Assembly (NCBI GenBank): GCA_012798485.1
Contig: JAAZND010000102.1
Location: 1-61,132, forward strand
Direction: 5' to 3'
Source of the DNA: Candidatus Beckwithbacteria bacterium
Lineage (GTDB): Bacteria > Patescibacteriota > Microgenomatia > UBA1400 > UBA1449
Length of the DNA: 61,132 nucleotides
The position numbers and the translations under genes were made by a program. Positions 8,374 to 16,866 of the stretch are shown one piece after another; within the stretch, counting starts at the first letter, position 1, and each line of letters begins with the position of its first letter. The notes under the pieces are model-generated. The model was not told the origin of the DNA. It did not search any database and was given only the letters and a program-made list of their open reading frames with translations.

Positions 8374-9543
8374 TTAATTATTGATAATGGATAAAATTGC
8401 TTTGGCAACCACCGGAATTTGTTGAAGCGACATGCCGCCAAAATTAATTCTTCCATTTTGTAATAAATAAATACCATATTTAGTTTTTAACAAAGTAATC
8501 TGGGCTGATGTTAAATCAAGCAAACTGAAAAAGCCTTTTTGCTCTAAAACATAACTAAATCGACCTTTTGTCAGCTTATTAAATAACTCTCTTCTTTTTT
8601 TAAGATTTTTACTCATTTGTGCAAGTGATTGAAGCCATTCTTTTTTATAAGTTTTATTGGTTAGAATTTTTTTAACAATTGATTCACCAAAGGCTGGAGG
8701 AGTGGAATTACTGATTCTAAATAAATAATTAAGACAAGAATCAATGGCAAATCTCTCTTTTTCACTTTCTGCCAACACTATTAACAAACTTGTGCGATGC
8801 TGATACAAAGTCATATTTTTGGAAAAAGAAAAATTGATAGCCATTTTTATTTTATTTTCGAGTAAATATCTTCCGGAAAAACAATCGGTCTCAAAATCAT
8901 CACCAAGCCCAATGTAGGCTGAATCAAGCAAAATGGTATTATTATATTTTTTAAACAATTTAGTCAATTCTACCCATTCTGCTTCACTGGGATTAACACA
9001 AGTTGGATTATGTGTTGGTCCCCCTTGAAATAAAATAAAAGCATTGGGATTTTCTCTCATTGCTTTTTTTAAAGCGGTAAAATTAAATTTTTTATTTTTA
9101 TTAAGTTGAGGGAAATGGATAATTTTAAAACCAAAATTTTTAAAAATTTTATTATGATTATCCCAAGTAGGGTCACTCAAAATAATAGTTGGTTTTTTAA
9201 AATTGAGAGCAATCAAATTTGCCCAAACATAAATCCCGTTGGTTCCTCCGGTCACTCCCTGCTTTGCTAAAAGATGATTATATTTTTTATATAATTTGTC
9301 GCCTAGAACCAATTTAGTTGATTCTTCGATAAATTCCAAATCTCCTTTGATTGGCAAATAATTAAAATTGCTGCGATCTAATTCTGATACTACTTTAGCT
9401 ACAGTTGGAATCACAAAAGTTTTACCATCATTATCAAGATAAATACCAATGCTGGCATTAATTTTATCCGTTCTTTTGTCATCTTGATATTCATCATTTA
9501 AACTAAAAATTGTATCTGGTTCAATGACTTTGTATTTGCTCAT
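8374..9543 (-). CDS. Subgroup I-alpha aspartate/aromatic-amino-acid aminotransferase (AspC/TyrB-like)
   Basis: 389 aa with AspC landmarks in order: KINASIGIYLDNDGKT, DPTWDNH, HNPT, SFSKNMTLYQHR (Schiff-base Lys), STPPAFG, GRINFGG. ATGA overlap with the upstream gene. Confidence 0.8.
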   Translation of the reverse strand: MSKYKVIEPDTIFSLNDEYQDDKRTDKINASIGIYLDNDGKTFVIPTVAKVVSELDRSNFNYLPIKGDLEFIEESTKLVLGDKLYKKYNHLLAKQGVTGGTNGIYVWANLIALNFKKPTIILSDPTWDNHNKIFKNFGFKIIHFPQLNKNKKFNFTALKKAMRENPNAFILFQGGPTHNPTCVNPSEAEWVELTKLFKKYNNTILLDSAYIGLGDDFETDCFSGRYLLENKIKMAINFSFSKNMTLYQHRTSLLIVLAESEKERFAIDSCLNYLFRISNSTPPAFGESIVKKILTNKTYKKEWLQSLAQMSKNLKKRRELFNKLTKGRFSYVLEQKGFFSLLDLTSAQITLLKTKYGIYLLQNGRINFGGMSLQQIPVVAKAILSIINN

Positions 9544-11312
9544 TTAATTAAACTGACCAAAACATCGCAAACAAAATCGATATCTTTTTCAGTTAGATTA
9601 GCGGCTGACGGAAGATTGAAACCATTTTTTTCTACCTCACTGGCTACTGGATTTTTTAATAATTTTAAATTTTTATAAACGGGAAAACGACTCATTCTAG
9701 GGAAAGTCTCTCGTCCATGAATATTATATTCTCGCATTTTGGCAATCAATTCATTTCTGGAAATTTTCTTAGATTTGAGTAAAACTCCAGGATAACAGTA
9801 ATTGGACCGAGTGCCTTTTGGCTCAACAATTAATTCTAATTCTTTGATATCTTTTAATCTTTCATAATACCAAGAGAAAATTTTTCTTTTAATCTGAACT
9901 AATTCTTCTATTCTTTCCACTTGGGCGCGAGCCAAAGCAGCTGTCACATTCGCCATTTGATATTCGTACCCCAGAATATCACACCAAAAATTGGCCAATC
10001 GATTTGTTCTTCCCATATTACTTAACAGAATTGCCTGTTCATACATCTCTTTACTATTGGTTAAAAACATACCGCCTTCTCCAGAAGCAGCAATTTTTGC
10101 TCCATGGAAAGAAATACAACCGACATCACCAAAAGAACCAGCTTTTTTATTTTTATAAAGTGTGCCAAGAGCAGGAGCTGAATCTTCCACAATTTTTAAA
10201 TTATATTTTTTGGCAATTTTTTTGATTGCATCCCAATCAGCTGATTGGCCAAATGAATCTACCACCATAATCCCTTTAGTCTTTTTAGTAATCGCTTTTT
10301 CGATCGCCTTAGGATCAATACACCAAGTTTTGGGATCAATATCAACAAAAATTGGAGTTGCGCCGGTATAATTAATAACATAAGCTGTGGCTACCCAACT
10401 AAAATCGGTACAGATCACTTCATCACCTTTTTTAAAGCCACAAGTTAGACAAGCCAAATGCAAAGAATGAGTGGCACAAAAACCGGCAAGAGCATATTTG
10501 ACTCCTATATAATCTGCAATAGTTTTTTCTAAAGCCTTGATATCTTTATCAAACGTTTCATAAAAACCATGCTTCACGCCGTCAATCACATAATCAATTT
10601 CTTTTTTAGTAATCGATGGACCAGCAAAACTAATTTTTTTGTCTGATCTTTTAAATTGGGGTTTAATGTTTGTTTGTTTGAGTTTCATATAGATTTCATA
10701 TTTGTTTATAACTTTTTTATAACCTTTTGGAGCAGGAATCCATTCAGGAAATCCTTTCTCGTTAACTTGAATTAAGGGAACTTTTTTAAATTCCACAAAT
10801 CCAAGCTTTTGATACAAATTAAGAGCTTTTTCATTATTAGAAAATGTTTGCAAGGTATAATTTTTTAAACCCAATTCTTTTTTTCCCCAGGCTAACATAT
10901 AAGAAATAGCATTGCCCATAATCCCAGGATATTTTTCCACTCCTCGAACAATGTTATCGATTTCACAAGTCAAATTTTTAAAATCAAAACGGAATAAACC
11001 AATATGTCCAATAAATTCTCCTTTGACTTTAATTATAAAAAGCAAACGATCAGGAGTGTTAATAAGTCTTTCTTCAAGCCATTTTTTAGTTCCGGGAATA
11101 GTCACTTTAAATTGAGAAGGAAACCAGATTTCATGCTTTTTGCGCCAGTTGGCTAAAAGCTTGACAATTTGAGGTTTATTTATGCAGTCTTGAGTAATAA
11201 AAAGCAGTTCATATTTTTGCTTTTCAAAAACACCATCTATTTTTATTTCACCAAAAGTATTATTTTTAAATTTAGAAATCTGTTGAATTATTTGTTTTCT
11301 ATTCGGCTTCAT
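9540..11312 (-). CDS. Bifunctional fusion: N-terminal GNAT N-acetyltransferase (RimL/PseH-like) plus C-terminal DegT/DnrJ/EryC1 sugar aminotransferase
   Basis: 590 aa. Residues about 40-200 are GNAT (NWRKKH, GHIGLF, NLYQKLGFVEF). Residues about 215-590 are the DegT fold (ISFHGAKIAASGEGG with the Lys retained). Confidence 0.75.
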   Translation of the reverse strand: MKPNRKQIIQQISKFKNNTFGEIKIDGVFEKQKYELLFITQDCINKPQIVKLLANWRKKHEIWFPSQFKVTIPGTKKWLEERLINTPDRLLFIIKVKGEFIGHIGLFRFDFKNLTCEIDNIVRGVEKYPGIMGNAISYMLAWGKKELGLKNYTLQTFSNNEKALNLYQKLGFVEFKKVPLIQVNEKGFPEWIPAPKGYKKVINKYEIYMKLKQTNIKPQFKRSDKKISFAGPSITKKEIDYVIDGVKHGFYETFDKDIKALEKTIADYIGVKYALAGFCATHSLHLACLTCGFKKGDEVICTDFSWVATAYVINYTGATPIFVDIDPKTWCIDPKAIEKAITKKTKGIMVVDSFGQSADWDAIKKIAKKYNLKIVEDSAPALGTLYKNKKAGSFGDVGCISFHGAKIAASGEGGMFLTNSKEMYEQAILLSNMGRTNRLANFWCDILGYEYQMANVTAALARAQVERIEELVQIKRKIFSWYYERLKDIKELELIVEPKGTRSNYCYPGVLLKSKKISRNELIAKMREYNIHGRETFPRMSRFPVYKNLKLLKNPVASEVEKNGFNLPSAANLTEKDIDFVCDVLVSLIK

Positions 11313-11331
11313 AGTTTAGAGTAAATATAAC

Positions 11332-12660
11332 ATGAAAAAAAAGATAAGCAAATACTGTCTAAAATATTTTTCAAAATACTCTCATATACATCTCAGTTTT
11401 TATGGTAAACTAAAAAAGTTTATGCAAAATAAAAAGTATATTCCAGTTTCAGGCAAGGTTTTTAATCAAGAAGAAATTGATAATGCAATAGAAGCAGCCA
11501 AAGATTGTTGGTGGACTGAAGGCAAATTTAGTAAAACTTTTGAAAACGATTTTAAAAAATTTTTAGGAGTGAAGTATGTTTCTTTAGTCAATTCTGGATC
11601 AAGTGCTAACCTTCTTGCTCTTGCCTGCCTTACTTCTGAAATTTTTGGCGATAAAAAACTAAAAGCAGGAGATGAATTTATCACTACTCCTGTTGCTTTT
11701 CCTACAACTGTTAATCCGGGAATTCAATATGGACTAAAACCGGTTTTTATCGATGCTTGTGTGAATACTTTAAATATTGATGTCAAACAAATCGAAAAAG
11801 CGATTAGTAAAAAAACCAGATTGATTATGCTTGCCCACACTCTTGGTTTTTCTTACAATCTAAAAGAAATTTTAAAATTGGTCAAAAAATATAAGCTCTG
11901 GTTTATTGAAGATTGTTGTGATGCACTTGGATCAAAATATAATGACAAATTCTTAGGCACTTTTGGTCACTTGGCTACTTTCAGTTTTTATCCTGCTCAT
12001 CATATCACTATGGGCGAAGGCGGAGCTGTGATTACTAATGACCCTCTTATTCATAAATCTATACGTCAATTTAGAGATTGGGGCAGAGATTGCTGGTGTG
12101 GTACTGGCGAAGATAATACCTGTAAAAATAGATTCAAATGGAAACTAGGAGAATTACCTTTGGGCTATGATCACAAATATATTTATTCCCAAATTGGTTA
12201 TAATTTGAAACTTACAGACTTTCAGGCAGCAATTGGGGTTGCCCAGCTCAAAAAATTACCCAAATTTATCAAACAAAGAAAAACAAATTATAAAATTTTA
12301 TATGACTTTTTTAAGCAATATGAAAAATATTTTATTCTGATGAAAGAAGAAAAAAATGCCGATAATTCTTACTTTGGGTTCCCAATTATAGTAAAAGATA
12401 ACGCTCCTTTTACGAGAAATGAACTCACTGAATATTTAGAAAACAATCAAATTGCCACCAGAAATATTTTTGCTGGCAACTTACTTCGTCACCCAGCTTA
12501 CTTGAAATTAAGAAAAAATTTTAGAATAATAGGAAGTATGGAAAACGCTGACTTGATTATGAACAATGCTTTTTGGCTTGGAGTCTGGCCTGGAATAAAA
12601 AAACAAGATTACAATTTTATTTTAAAAACATTACAAAAATTTTTAAAAAAATATGAATAA
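11332..12660 (+). CDS. rfbH: PMP-dependent sugar 3-dehydrase (CDP-4-keto-6-deoxy-D-glucose 3-dehydrase, E1 type)
   Basis: DegT-family fold with His in place of the Schiff-base Lys (FSFYPAHHITMGEGG) and Cys motifs EDCCDALG and RDWGRDCWCGTGEDNTC, as in the [2Fe-2S] enzyme E1/DdhC. The start could also be ATG 11422. The long form keeps an RfbH-like N-terminal segment. Confidence 0.8.
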   Translation: MKKKISKYCLKYFSKYSHIHLSFYGKLKKFMQNKKYIPVSGKVFNQEEIDNAIEAAKDCWWTEGKFSKTFENDFKKFLGVKYVSLVNSGSSANLLALACLTSEIFGDKKLKAGDEFITTPVAFPTTVNPGIQYGLKPVFIDACVNTLNIDVKQIEKAISKKTRLIMLAHTLGFSYNLKEILKLVKKYKLWFIEDCCDALGSKYNDKFLGTFGHLATFSFYPAHHITMGEGGAVITNDPLIHKSIRQFRDWGRDCWCGTGEDNTCKNRFKWKLGELPLGYDHKYIYSQIGYNLKLTDFQAAIGVAQLKKLPKFIKQRKTNYKILYDFFKQYEKYFILMKEEKNADNSYFGFPIIVKDNAPFTRNELTEYLENNQIATRNIFAGNLLRHPAYLKLRKNFRIIGSMENADLIMNNAFWLGVWPGIKKQDYNFILKTLQKFLKKYE

Positions 12661-13591
12661 TAAACTAATTTCAGTTATTGTCGCTTGTTACAACGAAGAA
12701 GAAAATATAAAAGAAATTTATCAGCGCATTATCAAAACTTTTAAAGAAAATCCTCAGTATGATTATGAAATTATTTATGTTGACAACAATTCTATAGACA
12801 CTTCTCGAAAAATTATTCAAGATTTATGTAAAAAAGATAAAAAAGTAAAAGCCATTTATATGAGTAGAAATTTTGGTTCGCCTCAACCCAGTTTTTTAGC
12901 TGGACTTGAAAAATCTAAAGGGGATGCTGCTATCTTACTTCACGGCGATATCCAGGATCCTCCAGAATTAATCCCCCAATTTGCCAAACTGTGGGAAAAA
13001 GGCAATGATGTCGTTTATGGAGTTAGAACCAAAAGAAAAGGCTACAATTTTATCTGGAATTTTTATTATCATGCTTTTTACTGGATATTACAAAAAATCT
13101 CATATATCAAAATGCCTCTAGATGCTGGCGATTTTTCTTTAATGGACAGAAAAGTGATTAGAGAATTATTAAAATTAGATGAATATGATTATTATATTAG
13201 ATGCCTCAGAGCATATGTAGGTTTCAAACAAATTGGTTATGAATACGAAAGAGATCCAAGACTAAAAGGCAAATCAAATGAAAACTTATTATCAAGTTTA
13301 TGGTGGGCTAAAACGATTATTGCCAATTTTTCCTTTAAACCACTCGAGTATATTTCTTTTGTTGCACTTGCCGTTACTTTTTTCTCCTTCATTTTTATAA
13401 TCATAAATATTATTTTGTATTTTTTAAACCCTTCTTCTCCAAAAGGAATTCCAACTATAGTAATCCTTATTTCATTTCTTGGAGGTATACAACTACTCAG
13501 CCTTTCTATTATTGCTGAATACTTAGCCAAAATCTTTTTAGAAATTAAGAAAAGACCAAAATATATTATTGAAGAAACTATTAATCTCTAG
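12653..13591 (+). CDS. GT2 polyprenyl-phosphate glycosyltransferase (DPM1/ArnC/GtrB-like)
   Basis: VIVACYNEEENI, VDNNSIDTS and HGDIQDPPE, plus two C-terminal TM helices. ATG overlaps the rfbH stop. Confidence 0.75.
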   Translation: MNNKLISVIVACYNEEENIKEIYQRIIKTFKENPQYDYEIIYVDNNSIDTSRKIIQDLCKKDKKVKAIYMSRNFGSPQPSFLAGLEKSKGDAAILLHGDIQDPPELIPQFAKLWEKGNDVVYGVRTKRKGYNFIWNFYYHAFYWILQKISYIKMPLDAGDFSLMDRKVIRELLKLDEYDYYIRCLRAYVGFKQIGYEYERDPRLKGKSNENLLSSLWWAKTIIANFSFKPLEYISFVALAVTFFSFIFIIINIILYFLNPSSPKGIPTIVILISFLGGIQLLSLSIIAEYLAKIFLEIKKRPKYIIEETINL

Positions 13592-13593
13592 AT

Positions 13594-15153
13594 TTATTTA
13601 TAAAAAAGTATAATATCTTTTTTATTCTCTAAATCACTTTCAATAATACTTTCCTTATCCAGACCATTTTTGATTGCTATTTCTTTCCAATATTCATATG
13701 ATTTTTCCCAATAGACAGTAAAGTCTATAAACAGATAATCTGGATTAAATGCTTTAACTGCTTCTTCATTTGGAGTCTGCCAATCATTAGTAGCTTTTTT
13801 ATATAATTTTGCATTCACTGGAAGCGATGCAGAATAAAGAATATTGCTATCCTTAAAATTAATATTTGTCTGTTCTAGTTTTCTCGTAGCTCTAGAGGTA
13901 ATAAAATCCTTAAAAGAATATGCTGCTTGGATTGATTTTTGAGAAATTAGTAAATTAAAAATTACAGCTTTAATATATACAAATATTAATATCATTAAGA
14001 ATGTTAAATATAAAGCCTTATATTTAAACACTTTTTGTTTTAAGAATAAATATAAAGAAATATCAAATACATATGAGTAAAAAAATAAAGAGATTGGAAG
14101 TATTGGTATTAAATAAGCAGTAGTGCGTATTGGTCCCACTTTTAAAGTTAACCATAAAATATAAGAAATACTATATGTAGAAATTAGTGAAATGAATATA
14201 CTATTAGTATCTTTTAATTTTTTAAAGAAATTTATAATTAAAACTAAAAAAGGCGAAACTACTGTTAATAATAGTAATGGATTAATAAGATATTCTGCAA
14301 ACCACGAATTTATATTATCTCTCATGCTAGCAGAGGTCATACTAAACATTTCTCTTTGTCTTGCTATAAATAAGGAGGTTTGAATAAAAATATAAGGATG
14401 TATTAAAAAAGTTAAAAATAAAAATATTATTCCTGAAGTTAGATATACATAGATTAATTTCTGTAAATTCTGTCTCACATTCTCTTTTAGAGTAAAAATA
14501 AATCCTAAAAATAATGGAAAAATAATAAAAATATGCGGTTGTTTACAAAGAAATGCTAGTCCTCCAAAAATATTAGCTAGAATAATATTTTTTAATAATT
14601 TGGGGTTTTGCAAATAATAAAATAAATAATTAAAACAAATAAGAGAAAATAATAAACCTAAAATGTCAGGTTTAATATGAAAAGTGTAATGTAAAAAAGG
14701 AGTAAATAAACAAAAAAGAGTTAGATAAATTATTTTACTAATCTGATATTTTAAGATTTTGTTTAAGAGATTAAAAGCACTAATTAAACAACCTAAAGCA
14801 ACTATAAAGTTAAAAAGCTTAGCCGTTAAAGCAAAAATTTCTGCATTTTCAAAAGAGATCTTTAATAATATTGAAATAGCACTAAAAATCCAAAATAAAA
14901 TGCTATTAAATGGGAATCCATAATACGCAGTATGATATGGAATATTTTGATTATAATAAGAGTCTGGTTTAGATGTATCTGATAACTGTAAAATACTACT
15001 TAAAATTGAGCCGCTATCTATGTGTTCAGCAAAAACCACATTAAGATTTTGATTATTTTGAAAACATGCTGGTAAAATAAACCAACAAAAACCTATTATA
15101 TATAATATTAAAACCCAATATTTATTTATTAATTCGATTATGTTATTTTTCAT
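13594..15153 (-). CDS. Polytopic membrane protein with GT-C-like architecture
   Basis: 519 aa with many hydrophobic segments followed by a soluble C-terminal domain of about 100 aa. It converges on the polyprenyl-P GT2 gene with a 2-nt gap. No named motif recognised. Confidence 0.45.
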   Translation of the reverse strand: MKNNIIELINKYWVLILYIIGFCWFILPACFQNNQNLNVVFAEHIDSGSILSSILQLSDTSKPDSYYNQNIPYHTAYYGFPFNSILFWIFSAISILLKISFENAEIFALTAKLFNFIVALGCLISAFNLLNKILKYQISKIIYLTLFCLFTPFLHYTFHIKPDILGLLFSLICFNYLFYYLQNPKLLKNIILANIFGGLAFLCKQPHIFIIFPLFLGFIFTLKENVRQNLQKLIYVYLTSGIIFLFLTFLIHPYIFIQTSLFIARQREMFSMTSASMRDNINSWFAEYLINPLLLLTVVSPFLVLIINFFKKLKDTNSIFISLISTYSISYILWLTLKVGPIRTTAYLIPILPISLFFYSYVFDISLYLFLKQKVFKYKALYLTFLMILIFVYIKAVIFNLLISQKSIQAAYSFKDFITSRATRKLEQTNINFKDSNILYSASLPVNAKLYKKATNDWQTPNEEAVKAFNPDYLFIDFTVYWEKSYEYWKEIAIKNGLDKESIIESDLENKKDIILFYK

Positions 15154-15221
15154 TTACTATATTTTATATAATTTAAGATAGTAATATAATTATTCTACAT
15201 ATTAAATCTACTAATGTAAAA

Positions 15222-15791
15222 ATGGGAAAAAATAATATTTTTATTCACCCAACTGCTATAGTGGATACAACAAACATTGGAGAAAAATCAAAAATCTGGG
15301 CTTTTGTTCATATCTTGAAAGGTGCTAAAATTGGAAATAATGCTAATATTTGTGATCATTGTTTTATAGAAAATGAAGTAAATATAGGTAATAATGTCAC
15401 AATTAAATGTGGTGTCTGGATCTGGGATGGATTAACTATTGAAAATAATGTTTTCATTGGGCCAAGTGTTGTTTTTACAAATGACTTGTATCCAAGAAGT
15501 AAAAATATTCATTACAACAAAAAAAAGACAACTCTTAAAGAGGGGTGTTCTATAGGAGCTAATGCAACCATACTTGCAGGTATTACTATAGGAAAACATG
15601 CTATGATAGGTGCGGGATCAGTGATCACAAAAAATGTCAATGATTTTGAAATAGTTTATGGCAACCCTGCAAGACAAAAAGGGTTTGTCTGCAAATGTGG
15701 AGAAAAAATAAAATTTGATAATAATCTTTTTGTTTGTAAATGCGGAGAAAGCTTTAAAAAAGAAAATAACTTTATTAAAAATATCAATTAA
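15222..15791 (+). CDS. Left-handed beta-helix sugar N-acetyltransferase (FdtC/WlbB/WxcM N-domain type) with a Cys-rich tail
   Basis: IHPTAIV, repeated hexapeptide IG-x4 units, and FTNDLYPRS. The C-terminal tail is CKCGE-x10-CKCGE. Confidence 0.75.
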   Translation: MGKNNIFIHPTAIVDTTNIGEKSKIWAFVHILKGAKIGNNANICDHCFIENEVNIGNNVTIKCGVWIWDGLTIENNVFIGPSVVFTNDLYPRSKNIHYNKKKTTLKEGCSIGANATILAGITIGKHAMIGAGSVITKNVNDFEIVYGNPARQKGFVCKCGEKIKFDNNLFVCKCGESFKKENNFIKNIN

Positions 15792-15801
15792 GTTTTTTAT
15801 C

Positions 15802-16866
15802 TTATTTTTCCTTATTAAGGAATTTTCTTATTATTTTTCTAAATTTTGTATCTTTATAGTTTATTTTTTGAGATTTACTATCAAAATTTATCTTATTTAC
15901 CAAACTAATAATATCTTTATATTGAATCGAGTAAAGAGAATTTAATAACTTTAAATTTTTGGTATCTTTAATAAAGTTTAAAATAGTTTCATATCCCCAT
16001 TTTTGACGTATCTGATCATCTGTTTTAAGAGCTATTTTCCCCAAAAAATAGGGAATAGTTTCTCTTGTTGGTTTTCCAAAAACTTTAAAATCTTGACTAA
16101 ATACTTTGATAAATAAATTAATATCCATTTTTAAAAAATTATCTAAAACAAATGGTAGCTCTAAATTCTGACGTAAAATCGACAGATTACTATGATTATC
16201 TATTTGGCTCCCATTGATCATTTGTCGATATTTAACTAATGGCTTTTGATAAATATAAATTTTATTTTTTAAAAGTGTTCTGACATGGAAATCATAGTCT
16301 TGAGTTTGAAGTAATGCTGGATTAAAAAAACCAATTTGTTTTAAAATAGATTTTCTAATAATTTCTCCAGGAGCTGGTAATCTATTCCCATAGATAAACA
16401 TTTCTCTTATAAGCTGAAATCTATTTGTATTTTTAAATTTCAAAATTTTTTGTAATTATTTATCTTTCAAAAGATGATTATTTTCATCTATTCCTTCTAA
16501 CTGAAAAAATAATGCATTATATTGTTTGTTTTTTTCTAAATAATTAATTCCTTCCTGTAAATAAGTTGGACAAACTTCATCGTCTGAAGCTATAAAAACA
16601 ATATATTCCCCTACACTATTTTTTATTCCATCATTAAAACCAATTGATGGTCCCATATTATAATGATGTTCAATTATTTTAATTCGAGAATCTTTATAAG
16701 ATTTAATAATATTTAAAGTATTGTCTAAAGATCTATCGTCAATAATTATCAACTCAAAGTCAGTAAAAGTTTGAGCTAAAATACTATTAAGAAATTTAGC
16801 CACATATTTTTCATGAAGATAGCTTGGAGAAATGATAGATACTTTCGGTTTATTCTTAGAATTCAT
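15802..16866 (-). pseudogene. GT2 glycosyltransferase interrupted by one in-frame TAA (16456-16458)
   Basis: ORFs 16456-16866 (GT2 N-domain: VSIISPSYLHEKYV, IIIDDRSLDNT, ASDDE) and 15802-16443 (GT2 C-terminal part) are in the same frame. They are separated only by TAA plus four sense codons (LQKI). Confidence 0.6.

Noticed and set aside
5462-8477. Long 5' extensions offered by the ORF track for several genes: 5462 for rfbG, 8477 for the ThDP enzyme, 38428, 40769, 41548, 44040, 45301, 47787, 49024 and 57207.
   Set aside because: The extensions overlap the preceding gene by tens of nucleotides, often start at TTG or GTG, and add residues absent from the conserved N-termini. Internal ATGs next to the upstream stop give canonical N-termini, so those were used.
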